Positions 37,401-49,730 of a stretch of 64,000 nt of DNA are shown piece after piece. The notes below the pieces were generated by a model. That model saw only the letters and a list, made by a program, of their open reading frames with translations. It did not search any database and was not told the DNA's origin. Origin of the DNA: Azolla caroliniana (lineage: Eukaryota > Plantae > Polypodiophyta); assembly GCA_043228905.1 (NCBI GenBank), contig JBHGNT010000006.1:14942001-15006000 (forward strand), read 5' to 3'. Position 1 is the first letter of the stretch. The number at the start of each line of letters is the position of its first letter. The translations under genes and the position numbers were made by a program.

Positions 37401-40146
37401 CACTCCCCGCGCAAGGAACCAAGGCGATGGTTCACACACAAAGAGAAGGGGAAGAAGAAGATGCCAGAATTCGAAACCGGATCAGTGTGCATCCGACTCC
37501 GGCAAGGAGAAAGGCGTCGGCCACGAAGACCGAACGGGCCAAAAGGGCCTCAAACTGGGTAACAGTGAGTTACGTCGGTCCACCCGTCAGAAGGATCCCG
37601 TCAAGTGGTACGGGTACAATGAGTACATGGCACATCACTATGCGTGCATGACTAAGGTGGCGGAAGTGCATGAGCCGGAGAGCTACGCAGAAGCGGCCAA
37701 GGACGCAAATTGGCGTGCCGCTATGAAAGAAGAAATGCGGGCACTTGATGTCAACAAGACATAGGACCTGGTTGACCCTCCTCGTCACTGTAAACCGATC
37801 GGATGGAAGTGGATATACAAGGTGAAGTACAACGCCGATGGTTCTGTTAACTGGTATAAAGCCTGATTAGTGGCGAAGGGATACACGCAGACCCATGGAA
37901 TCAACTCTGACGAGACCTTCGCTCCTATAACGAAGATGACGACGGTTCGAGTGGTGCTGGCGGTTCCTGCGGCAAGGGGGTGGCATCTTCATCAGATGGA
38001 TGTGAAGAATGCATTTCTTCAAAGTGATCTTGAAGAAGAAGTCTTTATGACTCAGCCTCCTGGTTTTTAATCGGAGATGAACAAGTCGGAGGTATGCCGG
38101 CTGAAGAAGTCGTTGTACGGCCTGAAGCAAGCCCCTCGAGCTTGGAATGCGAAAATCACGCACCGGTTGTGTAAGATGGGGTTTGTGGCCTCCAAATCGG
38201 AGTCTTCATTGCTCATTTGGCAAGGTTCAGCTGGTCCGGTATGTATACTGTTGTATGTTGATAAACTAGTTATCACCGGACCGGGTCTTCCAGAAATCAA
38301 CCGCGTCAAGTCCCAGTTGTCGAACACATTTGAGATGAAGGATCTGGGGGACCTTCATTACTTTCTAGGGATCGAGGTGATCCGAACCCTGGACGGCATA
38401 TTACTCTGACAACGCCATTACGTCTTGAATATGCTATACAAGTTTGGCATGACAGAATGCCGACCTGTATCCACACCCTTGGACTGGAACCAGAAGCTTC
38501 GTCCTAACTCCGGACCGGCCTGCAACGTGCAACGGTTCCGACAAATTGTTGAAAGCCTTATTTAATTGCCTATCACGTGACCCAACATCAGCTATCCGGT
38601 CGGAATGATAAGTCAGTTCATGCTGAAGCCGACCGTGGAGCACCTTCAGTGCACGCAATGGATATTGCGATATGTCAGCGGCACCAAGGGTCGGGGACTG
38701 TTATACCAGCGAGGTATAACCGCAGAGCTCGTCCGTTACACGGATGCCGACTGGGCCAGCGATGCATCAGATCGCCGATCAACCTCTGGTTACATGTTTT
38801 CCCTATGTAGCGCGACTGTTACGTGGAGCAGCAAAAAGTAGCCAATAGTTGCTCTGTCGAGCACTAAGGCTGAGTATCGGGACACTACCATTGCCACCTG
38901 TGAAGCCATTTGGCTTCGGCGACTACTGCAAGACTTATGGATCGAGGTACAAACCTTGATTCTGGTCTACTGCGACAACATAAGCAACATGCAACTCGCC
39001 AAGAACCCCGTATTCCATGCTCGCACAAAACACATAGAAGTGCAATATCACTTCGTGCGTGAGTGTGTCCTGAGCGGTGAGGTTGAACTTCGGTATGTTC
39101 ACACGGATCGGCAAGTTGCCGACATCTTCACCAAACCACTCGGCTCGGAGAAGTTGCAACACTTCACCGAAATGCTTGGTGTTCAGCATCTCGACGTACC
39201 ACACTTGAGGGAGAGAACGGGCAAAGAGACTGCCGATTGCGCCGATGAGGGAAGAACAGAAGGCGGCAGAGTCAAGGACAGAGCCAACCGAAGGAAGAAG
39301 GCCAAGACCCGGACATGGTCCGATGTGGTGAAGGGCTTGGAACCAGAAGACGAATCGGGAGCAACCGATTCGGACAAGAGCTGGAACGAATCAGAGACAG
39401 TCGATTTGGTTCAAAAGACAAATTCGAAAGAACCGGATCAATTCAAGGCCAAGCAGACACGGATGCAGCGGAAGTCGATGCCATCGCGGAGAAACCGATG
39501 GATCGATAAGCGCCGGAGTCATAGCTGTGAAGGAGCTGAGAGGGGCCTATTGAGCAGACATACCGACCGAGAAGGTCGAGGCGTGTAGCACAAGAGGGGT
39601 CGTGGCAAACAGAACTAGACCGGACGAGGAGCGCGAGCAAGGCGAAGCGACGCCAGGAGAGGCCGGTTGGAAGAACCGGCTGCCATAGAGACTGACACTA
39701 AGATCCAACCTCAAGTTGAGCTTGAGGGGGAGTGTTGAGCGGCAAGCTCAACTGGAGCCGGATCGGCTGAATAAGCTTGAGCCGGCAAGCGAGAAGGATC
39801 GGTAAGCTGTGAGCAACCAAGCCGGCAAGCAACAGAGCCGGTGAGCTGGGGAGCCGGTTAGCCGGATCCAATCAGTAACCGGAAGCCTAGTATTAGTGTA
39901 GACTACTAGGCAATTATAGTCTCGTAGTAAGTGTCAGATGCTCGTGTGAGCATTGAAGTACGTGGTACTTCTGTCAGTCCCACGAGGACTTGTATAAATA
40001 ATGCTACTAAGCATAGTTGTATGTACAGAGTGTTTTTATCATTTTTGAATATAGCCTTGAAGTTCTGCTCTCTCTGTTTCTCCCGTGTACTCTGTGTATT
40101 ACCTACCTTCTCTATTTTCTAACGCTTCCGCAAGTAATCGTTTCCA
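34496..40146 (+). mobile_element. C4: full-length degenerate Bryco-like Copia
   Basis: 414-bp LTRs at 34496-34909 and 39733-40146; TSD AATCT/AATCC; PBS TGATATCAGAGC; gag-PR-INT-RT-RH order with many stops; PPT GAGGGGGAG. Confidence 0.92.
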
Positions 40147-40149
40147 AAT

Positions 40150-40232
40150 CCTTTGCATGAACTGGCTAAGAAGGCCGACCGGATATCTCGTGGCCTTTGC
40201 ATGAACTGGCTAAGAAGGCCGACCCGATATCT
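40150..40232. repeat. 44-bp-period tandem duplication in the C3 RT next to the C4 insertion
   Basis: CCTTTGCATGAACTGGCTAAGAAGGCCGACC..ATATCT occurs at 40150 and 40194. Confidence 0.8.
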
Positions 40233-43200
40233 TAGGTCTGGTTCAGTGATCGTGAGGTAGATAAGACTACCGATCAATTGTCGAACTGAGTCGGCTCACA
40301 CTCTGTGGTGCCTGAATTGGCATCTAGTTTGAGGTTTCGGTTGAGAGGTGTTGCCACAAACTTGCACTCAGTCATCTCGAACTTGTATAACAAGTTGAGA
40401 GTGTAGTGTCGTTGGGAGATCATAATCCCGACTAGAGTCCGAATTACCTCGATGCCAAGGAAGTAGTGGAGCTCTTTCATGTCCATCATCTCGAATTTGT
40501 TGGAAAGGAGGGAATTGACCATGTTGATGTCAACTAGATGCTCACATCTAATGACTAGATCATCCACGTACAGGATGATGATGATCGGACTTTTGGAATT
40601 GCTTCTTACATAGAGAGAATTGTCAGATTTTGACATTCAGAAGCCGATTCGATGAAGATATTGTGTTATCTTCGAGTGCCAAGCATGTGGTGCTTTCTTA
40701 AGGCCGTAGAGAGGCTTCCTGAGTCGGCAGATGGCTTTCGGATGAATGTTGGATTCGAAGCCGGGTGGTTGTACCATGTACACCTCTTCTTCTAATTCGC
40801 CTTGAAGAAAAGCGTTCTTGACATCCATCTAGTGGAGGTGCCACCCTTTCGCTGTTGCAAGCGCTATCACAATTAACATGGTTGTCATCTTTGCCACCAG
40901 GGCAAAGGTCTCTTCATAGTCGAAGCCCTATGTTTGTGAGTAGCCCTTTGCTATGAGTCGAGCTTTGTAGCGGTTGACGGAATCGTCAGCATTCTACTTC
41001 ACTTTGTATATCCATCTGCAGCTGATTGCCTTCTTGTGCGGTGAGTGAGGGACGAGATACCATGTCTCATTCTTGCTAAGAGCTTGCATCTCCTCGGTCA
41101 TCGCTTCGACCCATCGTGGATCTTTAGCAGCTTCGACAAAGCTCTCTGGTTCTCGAACTACTGCCACCTTCATCATAAAGGCATAGTGGTATGCCATATA
41201 GTCGTTGTAGCCGAATCAGCTAACCAGATTCTTCTCTTGGGCGGAGTGATGAAGTTTCTCATTTGCCGATGTGAGTGCTTTCTTAACTTTGGGTGACCTC
41301 ATAGGAGGCACATCAAAGCCATCGAACTCATTATCGAGTGAATGAGTTGATTCGTTGCCGTTGAAGTGATCGTCTTCATATTCCAGCATTTTGGCCTTCC
41401 CTTTGTCCATCTTTGGACTTGGCCGAGATGAGCTTTGGTTGCTCGGAGGCTCTTGTGGTCCGCTCAATTTGGTTGAGATCAGACTCTCTTCGAGTATTGA
41501 CCTTAGTTGATCATCGTATTCTGTGTTATCGAGGTTGTTCGTAGATGGTTCGGGAGGAGTCGGCTCGGCTTTGTACCATGATGTCGATTCGTCAAAGACG
41601 ACATCTTGACTTACACGAGTCTTCCGAGTAGAGGGGTTGAAGCACTTGTACCCCTTTTGCTCTAGTGAGTACCCCATGAGGATGCACTTCTTTGATTTTG
41701 GGTCAAGCTTCTGCCGCTTCTCATCGGGAATGTGCACATATGCAATGGAGCCGAATATCCTTACATGGGATAGATCCGACTTCTTCCCATAGTATTTCTC
41801 GTGCGAGGTGACCTCGTGCACTCGGTTCATGAGGTAGACGGCGGTATTTGCAGCTTCTGCCCAATATGACTTAGGCATATGCTTCTTGTTGAGCATGGCC
41901 CGTGCTACCTCGAGGATGTTCTGATTCTTTCATTCGGCTACACTGTTTTGTTGCGGTGTGTGTCGATAAGTGAATTCTTGCCGAATTCCTTCTTGTCGAA
42001 GGTATGCCGTGAACGCATCGGAGAAGTATTCCTTTCGTCCGTCTGACCGAAGACATCGTACATGACGCCCAGTTGTCTTTTCAACTTCGTTTTTGAATTT
42101 TTGGAAGTGTGTAAACACTTCGCTCTTCATCCTCATGGGAAAGATCCATGTGTATCTAGAGAAGTCGTCGATGAAGGTAACATAGTACTAACATCCTCCG
42201 AACGTAGCCGTCTATGCTGGTCCCCACACATTCGAGTGGACTACGTCCAATAGGCCTTTGTTCACGTTCCTCTCCTTTGGGAACGGGTGCCGATGTTGCT
42301 TGCCGAATTGGCATGCTTCGCATACTCCAATCTCTTTCTCTTTGAAGGTCGGGACCCCAATGATGACTTCTTTTGATTGCATCGCCTTGAGTCTGTTGAG
42401 ATTGATATGGCCGATTCTTTTATGCCATAGCTCTATGTCGGTGTCGGGTTTGAGGCCCTTTGCAAACATGGCCGAGTTGACCTCATTCGCTTCGAGGATA
42501 AACATTTGGCCTTCCCTTCGACCAATAGCAATTAGTCGGCCTTCCTTCTCAATGAAGCAACCTCCTTGGTTGAATTGAACTTGCATCCCTTGCTCCACAA
42601 TTTGGCCGACCGAGACCAAATTCTTCGTTATGGTGGGTACATGTAAGACATTTTTTATGCAAGTTTGTTCGCCTTCTTTCTTGAATGGGACATTGCCGAC
42701 ATGCCGAATCGGATGAGTGGTGTCGTCTCCGGTCTCGACATAATCGGGTTCGATCCGGCTTGGGAAGGTCTTTGAACCATTCTTGATGGGATGTCATATG
42801 GTTTAAAGCACCGGAGTCGACGAACCATACATCTTCTAGATTGGAGGCATTAGTCGAAGTAGAGGCCAACATAGAATTTTCTCTATGTCTCATTACAAAC
42901 ATTCCGCCATGATCTGCATAATTGGAGTTGGTGGCATAATTGGTGAGTTGTTAGCTTGTGGGAGTTGACTCACGCTTCTTCTTTCGGCACTCTTATTCAT
43001 GGTGGCCGATTTTTCTGCAATAACCGCATTCGATCGAGTTTTGTCGACTCGAACCAGAATGGAAGCTCCCCCTTCTTCCGAAGGTTCCTAGATGGCTTCC
43101 GTCTTGTTGCCAAAATTGGGAGTTGTTGTCATAAGTCGGACCTCGTCTGCCGCCTCGTCCTTGACCGAATCGGCCTCTTGCTTGGCCGCGTCCTCTTCCT

Positions 43201-45060
43201 CCATTCGAATGCGTGTAGAGCATGTGGCCTTCTAAGGAATTGCTCCTTGTTCCAACATGATTCTCTTCGACCAATAACATAGATTGAAGATCGAAGAAAG
43301 AGGGTGGATTCTCCCGTGCTAGTACAACAGTCCGCATCACGCCGAATCATGGTGCAAGGCCGTTGAGGCATATTTGCACCATTTCTTCATCCTCCACATT
43401 GATGCTTATCGAGCCGAGTGCATCACAAAGCTCCTTGATCTTCAAGGTGTAGCTTGTGATGGACATATCCCGTTGTTGGATGTTGTTCAACTCTTGGCGG
43501 AGTTGAAGCTTTCGTGCCATTGTATTGGCAGTGAATATCTTCCTTAGATTCTCCCATGCTTCCTTTGGCGTCGTGGCTTCTCGAATGTAGCCGAGCATGT
43601 GGTCATGAACACATGTCGCCAAGCAATACATTACTCAACTCACCGCTTGCTCCCATGTTGAGTAGTTAGCGTCTTCCGGGTCGGGTCGGTTTTCTTGTGC
43701 TCCCTTGATGTTAACCCCAATAGCCTTGGCCGACAAGGTATTGGTGCATCTTGTACTCCCAAGATGCGAAGCTGTTTCGGTCCAACTTCTCGCTAGGGAC
43801 TGCGCTCCCCATTTGAGTATTCATGGTGTTCGAAGAAGATTTCTTCCTTCTTCTTCTCTGTTGAATACGAACTATGTAGTCACACTACGATATCGATGAG
43901 CCGGTTCTTCTTGAATGTCAGCGTAGAGCTCAACACATGCGGATGGGCTAGATCGAGCTACCAAACCGCTCTGATACCATGTAAAGAATCCGGTATGATT
44001 CTTGTGGAGCGGAATAGGTGAGAGATGTGCGTTATGTGTGTGTGTGTGTAAGAGAGAGAGAGATATAGATGAGAGAAACGAAAGCTATATTTTTGAGAGA
44101 CAATAGAATACTCAAGAAGATTTATATTACAAACGAGATTACTCAACCTAATTACAAAGTAGGAGGAGAGTGCTTTATATAGTCACTCTCTCTCTTCATT
44201 AACTACCAAAGCTCATGGGTCATGGGGAATGTGAAAACTCATTAGTTATGTGTAATAGAATATGATTCTATGGCACATAGTTAATGTGTAGATAAGAGTG
44301 GTGACTTTTGACCTTTGAGTGTACACTCTCAAGGGTGTGTTCACACACTAGACTAGGTTGAGCTTAATTCTCAACACTTGCTAATGCTCAACCCTCCACC
44401 TAGTTCGTCAGGTTCTCCCGCTGTCGCGTTATTACGCGCGTGCGTGGAGAACAAGGCGAGACCACTGGGGTCTTGGACCGAGGAATAGGTGAGAAAAGGG
44501 AAAGAGAGAGACACGCTCATGCACGGATAGACAAAGAAGCGTGCGGGAGCGTAGCCCAACAACACGAGAGACACCAGTTGGGCAGGAGATAGAGTATAAG
44601 AGCGCGTATATAAATATATGTATGCAGATGACTCGAACGGTTACAGCCGATAAGGTCCGCGAGACGGGTGCCGACACCTGATCACCCATGCACACAGGGG
44701 GGGCAAGATGGAGATTCTGCCGGAAGCACACAGGCGTTCCACGGAGCAGAATCAGCCTCTCGAGAACCTGCGCGAAGAAAGCTATGGAGACCGACAGAGG
44801 AGAAGAGCTCGGTCCCAGTCTGACAGCACTTCGTCCCCTCTAGCGCGCGATCCCCTCTCTCCCCCGTCTCCCTCTCTTTTATAGCTCAAGGAGGAAGGCC
44901 GTTTCACCCGTTTACACCACATTAATTGACTGTCCTTTCGGACAGAGATACTCCTCGATTTCCCCTATAGAATATTGCTACCTAGGATTTTGTTGGGATT
45001 ACGGTCCCTCCGGATGGGATGGTCGGATGTCCGGAGATGAATGACGGCAAGCCCGGCTGC

Positions 45061-45165
45061 GGTTACGGAGCCGGATGATGAAGACCCTGGCTACGGAGCC
45101 GGATGATGAAGACCCCGGTTACGGAGCCGGATGCTGAAGACCCCGGTTACGGAGCCGGATGACGA
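45061..45165. repeat. 28-bp tandem repeat x~3.7 in the C5 U3 (second copy at 49811-49915)
   Basis: GG(T/C)TACGGAGCCGGATG(A/C)TGAAGACCC(C/T) units start at 45061, 45089, 45117 and 45145. Confidence 0.9.
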
Positions 45166-45656
45166 ATGTACCCGGAGAGAGATCCGGATGCGGGGACATA
45201 TTTGTGAATATGTTTGCCAAGAGCCCTTGAGGCTATAGTTGTAAATAGCCCGAAAGTCATATGTGTATAAATATGACTTAGGGCAAACAGTTTATGTTGT
45301 TGCTCGTTTTTCATGCGAAGTGGTTGCAGCCGAGAGAGCGAGAGAGAGGGAGAGAGAGAGACGAAGAGGTCGTTGCCTCTGTGTATTACCGCCGCCTGTG
45401 GCGAAGACAGTGAGCTCAAGGTTGTTGCCTTGTAGCTTCACCAGTGTACATCCCTGTTCATAGTGATAGTTGGAGTTTGAGAACTCCCGTGGTTTTTCCC
45501 ATTTAGGGTTTTCCACGTAAAATATCCAGTGTACCTTTCTCTCTGTTGTCTTCGTGTACATTTGTATTTCCTATTTTCTGTAAGTTGATCCTATTCCTCG
45601 GTTGTGGCCGAGCACCGTGTGCAACAAGTGGTATCAGAGCAACGGTAACACAGAAA

Positions 45657-48600
45657 ATGGAAGGCGGCGGTAGTGGGCCTCCGGGCATGATGGTGTTGAA
45701 CTCACAGAACTACGCCGACTGGAAGATAAAGATGGAAGACCTTCTCATCGTCCGAGATCTGTACGAACCGATCGACAATGCCGAGATACCCAAGGGAGTA
45801 ATAGAGTCGGAGTGGAAGCTCCTGAACCGGAAAGCCGTAGCGACGATCCGGCAATATGTCGATGTAAGCGTCCTACAACATGTGGCGAATGACACCAACG
45901 CATATGAGATGTGGAAGAAGCTGTCGGGCCTCTACGAGAGGAAGAATGCGTTGAACCGGACCTCCCTGATGAGGAAGATAGTGAACCTCAAGTACCGGGA
46001 CGGCGAGAATATGGTGGAACACGTGAGCACGTTCATGGGATTCGTGAACCAGCTTGCGGCGATCAAGTTCCCGTTGGAGGATGCAATGCAAGCCATCATT
46101 CTGATGTGTACATTGCCGGAAAGCTGGGAGAACTTGGTGGTGACTCTCAGCACCTCCTGCACCGAAGATAACTTGTCTCTACAAATGGTAAAGACAAGCA
46201 TTTTGAACGAAGAAGCGCGTCGGAGAGATAAAGAACCGGTTTCCAATCCGAAGATGCTGCTTACCGAATCGGATCGGGGAAGACAATGGAACCGGAGTCC
46301 GCAAAGACGGGAGAAGTCGGGGACCCGGTCGCAGTCAAGAGGAAGACCCACATGCTTCCACTGTGGGAAGCCGGGGCACTTCCGGAAGAATTGTCGGCAT
46401 TACCGGAAAGACAACGGAGCCGACGACACCGATTCAAAGAAGTCACCGGAGCGAAACGGTGCATACCGGGGAGCCACGGACCGGAGAGGTCCGGATCGGC
46501 GAGGGCAGGACCGGAAAGGAACGACGGCACTCGCGGCAAGTGAAGAAGAGATAATGCTCATTACCGAAGAGAGGGAGCTGAACCTTGCCGGTGAAGAGAT
46601 GACCTGGGTGGTCGATTCCGGAGCGTCGTTCCACCTGACCCCGGAGAAGAAATACTTCTCATCCTACACAGCCGGTGAGCACGGCTGTGTCCGGATGGGA
46701 AATGAAGGTACGTGCCGGATTGCCGGCATCGGAGACGTGTGGTTGACAACCCCGACCGGATGCAAAATGCTGCTGAAGGATGTGCGACACGTTCCGGAGG
46801 TCCGATTGAACCTGATCTCGGCCGGGAGGCTTGATGATGAAGGCTACACGGGTAGCATCCTGAACGGTGTCATGAAGTTCAGCAAGGGGAGCCTGATAGT
46901 GGCTCGGGCCCGGAAGATCAACACACTGTACCTCATGAATTCCCGGCTATGTCCGGAGGAGCTGAACGTGGCAGCCGATACTGCCGGTGAGCTGTGGCAC
47001 AAGAGACTGTGTCACATGAGTGAGAAGGGGATGAAGAGGCTTGCAGAAGACAACCTTATTCCAGTGAAGCATGTGCACCTGGAGAAGTGCACCGATTGCC
47101 TGGCCGGTAAGCAGAACCGAACCTCCTTCCACTCAAGGCCACCGACGAGACGAAGCGCACCATTGGAGTTGGTGCACACTGACGTGTGTCAAGTAGAAAC
47201 GAAGTCACATGGCGGAGCCCAGTACTTCGTGACATTCATTGATGACCACAGCCGGAAGCTGTGGACGGCACCGTTGAAGACAAAGGACCAAGTATTGTCT
47301 GTCTTCAAAGAACTCCACGCGAGAGTGGAAAGGGAATCCGGCAAGAAGCTGAAAGCGATACGAGCGGATAACGGAGGGGAATACCGGGGACAGTTCGAGG
47401 AGTACTGTCGCTCGAAGGGAATCCGGCTCGAGTTTACTGTGCCGAAGACGCCGGAACTGAACGGGCTGGCCGAGAGGATGAACCGGACCATAATGGAGAG
47501 AGTCCGGAGTATGCTAGCACATGCGAAATTACCCAAGGGATTTTGGGCTGAGGCAATGTCGACGGCGACGTATGTGATAAATAGATCACCCTCAGTACCT
47601 TTGGACGGAGACACGCCGCAGAAAGTGTGGACCGGTAAGGAAGTGTCCTACCGGCACCTGAAGGTGTTCGGGTGTCTCGCATACGTGCATGTGGCAAAGG
47701 ACCGGAGAGGAAAGTTAGATCCAAAGACCCGGCCATGCATATTCCTCGGTTACGGCGACGACGAGTTCGGCTACCGAGTATGGGACCCGGTCGACAAGAA
47801 GATATTCAGGAGTCGAGATATCATCTTCATGGAGGACAAGACACTCGCCGACTGGGAGTCGGAGAAGAAGATGAAGAGCTCCAAGTCGACCGGTGAGGAT
47901 AAACTCTACGAGGAGCAGTCCCGACCGGTAAGGGACCGGTTAGCACTCGAGGATCCGGCCGAAGACGGTGAAGAAACAGAACCGGCCGAAGAAGATGAAA
48001 CTGATACCGGAACCGGCCCCGATCCCGAAATGGATTCGGATGAAGAGGAAACGGAGCAGCCGGTTACCGAAGCTCCGGAACGGAGATATCCTCTAAGAGA
48101 GAGAAGGGCCCCCCGGAGATTTCCGGAACCAGAGCACGTGCTGCTAACCGACGAGGGGGAGCCGGAGAGCTTTGAAGAAGCAAAGCATGACACCCAGAGC
48201 CGCAGGTGGTTGAGTGCCATGCAGGACGAGATGGATTCCCTGCATGAGAACCACACATATGAACTTGTGGAGTTGCCGAAAGGAAAGCGGGCACTTCGAA
48301 ACAAATGGGTGTTCAAGCTGAAACCGGGAGATGCCGGAAACCCCCCGAGATACAAAGCCAGGATCGTGGTGAAGGGGTTCCAGCAGAAGAAGGGCGTCGA
48401 CTTCGACGAGATATTTGCCCCGGTAGTGAAGATGACCTCCATCCGGACGGTGCTGAGCATAGCGGCAAGCATGGACCTCGAGGTAGAACAGATGGACGTG
48501 AAGACGGCATTCCTTCACGGTGACCTCAAAGAAGAGATCTACATGCAGCAACCGGAAGGATTCGAGAAGAAAGGGAAGGAGCACCTAGTATGCCGGTTGA

Positions 48601-49730
48601 AGAAGAGCCTTTACGGTCTGAAGCAGGCTCCCCGGCAATGGTACCGAAAGTTCGACTCGTTCATGACAGACGAAGGGTACCACAAAACGCAGTCCGATCA
48701 CTGCGTGTTTGTGAAGAAGTTCGAAGGAGGAGACTTTCTAATACTCCTCCTGTACGTGGACGACATGTTGATCGTCGGACGGGACCAGGGCAAGATACGG
48801 ATGCTGAAGAAAGCACTTCACCGAACCTTCTCAATGAAGGACCTGGGTCCGGCGAGGCAAATACTAGGGATGCACATCATCCGGGACCGGAAGAAGAAGC
48901 AGCTGTGGTTGTCACAGGAGAAGTACGTGACAAAGGTGCTTCACCGGTTCAACATGTCGGAAGCAAGACCGGTCGGGTCGACCCTCCCGGCAAACTACAA
49001 GTTATCTAGCAAGCAAAGTCCCAAGACAAAAGTTGAGAAGGAGGATATGATGAAGATACCATATGCCTCTGCCGTCGGGAGCTTGATGTACGCAATGGTG
49101 TGTACAAGACCGGACATAGGATATGCAGTCAGAGTGGTGAGCCGGTACATGAGCAATCCCGGCAAAGAGCACTGGAACGCGGTCAAGTGGATACTCCGAT
49201 ACCTGAAGGGCACGGCAAACGTGTGCCTCCGATTCGGCTCCGGTAAGCCCGAACTCGACGGCTTCACCGATTCGGATATGTCGGCTGATGCAGATACCAG
49301 CCGGTCCACATCAGGGTATGTGATGACGTATGCAGGGGGAGCTGTTTCATGGCAGTCGAGGCTGCAGAAGACGCTTGCGTTGTCAACCACGGAGGCGGAG
49401 TACATGGCGGCTGTTGAAGCCGGCAAGGAAATAATATGGATGAAGGACTTCATTAGAGAGCTCGGTATCCGGCAGAAGGAGTACCGACTCTACTGCGACA
49501 GTCAGAGTGCAATCCACCTTGCGAAGAACGCGGCCTATCACTCCCGGACGAAGCACATCCAACGAAGATATCACTGGATCCGGGAAAGGATAGAAGACAA
49601 GGAGTTCGTGCTAACGAAGATCCACACGGACGAGAACGGGTCGGATATGCTGACCAAGGTGCTCACACCTGACAAGCTGGAAGCATGCCGGAAGAGGATC
49701 GGATTGGAGAGACATCCCATGCCGAAGTGA
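45657..49730 (+). CDS. C5 Gag-Pol polyprotein (1357 aa)
   Basis: Single uninterrupted ORF: CCHC CFHCGKPGHFRKNC; protease VDSGAS; integrase HTDV..ADNGGEY..NGLAERMN; RT KTAFLHG and YVDD; RNase H. Confidence 0.95.
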   Translation: MEGGGSGPPGMMVLNSQNYADWKIKMEDLLIVRDLYEPIDNAEIPKGVIESEWKLLNRKAVATIRQYVDVSVLQHVANDTNAYEMWKKLSGLYERKNALNRTSLMRKIVNLKYRDGENMVEHVSTFMGFVNQLAAIKFPLEDAMQAIILMCTLPESWENLVVTLSTSCTEDNLSLQMVKTSILNEEARRRDKEPVSNPKMLLTESDRGRQWNRSPQRREKSGTRSQSRGRPTCFHCGKPGHFRKNCRHYRKDNGADDTDSKKSPERNGAYRGATDRRGPDRRGQDRKGTTALAASEEEIMLITEERELNLAGEEMTWVVDSGASFHLTPEKKYFSSYTAGEHGCVRMGNEGTCRIAGIGDVWLTTPTGCKMLLKDVRHVPEVRLNLISAGRLDDEGYTGSILNGVMKFSKGSLIVARARKINTLYLMNSRLCPEELNVAADTAGELWHKRLCHMSEKGMKRLAEDNLIPVKHVHLEKCTDCLAGKQNRTSFHSRPPTRRSAPLELVHTDVCQVETKSHGGAQYFVTFIDDHSRKLWTAPLKTKDQVLSVFKELHARVERESGKKLKAIRADNGGEYRGQFEEYCRSKGIRLEFTVPKTPELNGLAERMNRTIMERVRSMLAHAKLPKGFWAEAMSTATYVINRSPSVPLDGDTPQKVWTGKEVSYRHLKVFGCLAYVHVAKDRRGKLDPKTRPCIFLGYGDDEFGYRVWDPVDKKIFRSRDIIFMEDKTLADWESEKKMKSSKSTGEDKLYEEQSRPVRDRLALEDPAEDGEETEPAEEDETDTGTGPDPEMDSDEEETEQPVTEAPERRYPLRERRAPRRFPEPEHVLLTDEGEPESFEEAKHDTQSRRWLSAMQDEMDSLHENHTYELVELPKGKRALRNKWVFKLKPGDAGNPPRYKARIVVKGFQQKKGVDFDEIFAPVVKMTSIRTVLSIAASMDLEVEQMDVKTAFLHGDLKEEIYMQQPEGFEKKGKEHLVCRLKKSLYGLKQAPRQWYRKFDSFMTDEGYHKTQSDHCVFVKKFEGGDFLILLLYVDDMLIVGRDQGKIRMLKKALHRTFSMKDLGPARQILGMHIIRDRKKKQLWLSQEKYVTKVLHRFNMSEARPVGSTLPANYKLSSKQSPKTKVEKEDMMKIPYASAVGSLMYAMVCTRPDIGYAVRVVSRYMSNPGKEHWNAVKWILRYLKGTANVCLRFGSGKPELDGFTDSDMSADADTSRSTSGYVMTYAGGAVSWQSRLQKTLALSTTEAEYMAAVEAGKEIIWMKDFIRELGIRQKEYRLYCDSQSAIHLAKNAAYHSRTKHIQRRYHWIRERIEDKEFVLTKIHTDENGSDMLTKVLTPDKLEACRKRIGLERHPMPK

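Larger units (their letters stand above)
15700..44376 (-). mobile_element. C3: full-length degenerate Bryco-like Copia hosting A1 (in its 3' LTR) and C4
   Basis: 5' LTR 43980-44376; PBS tRNA-iMet at 43968-43979. gag-PR-INT-RT at 40152-43820 and RNase H at 33940-34495. 3' LTR split into 15700-15841 and 33585-33833. TSD CTTGT/CTTGC. Confidence 0.9.

Noticed and set aside
45546-45656. N-terminal 37 aa of the 1394-aa ORF in the track
   Set aside because: Starts at a TTG inside the LTR and crosses the PBS; the likely start is ATG 45657.
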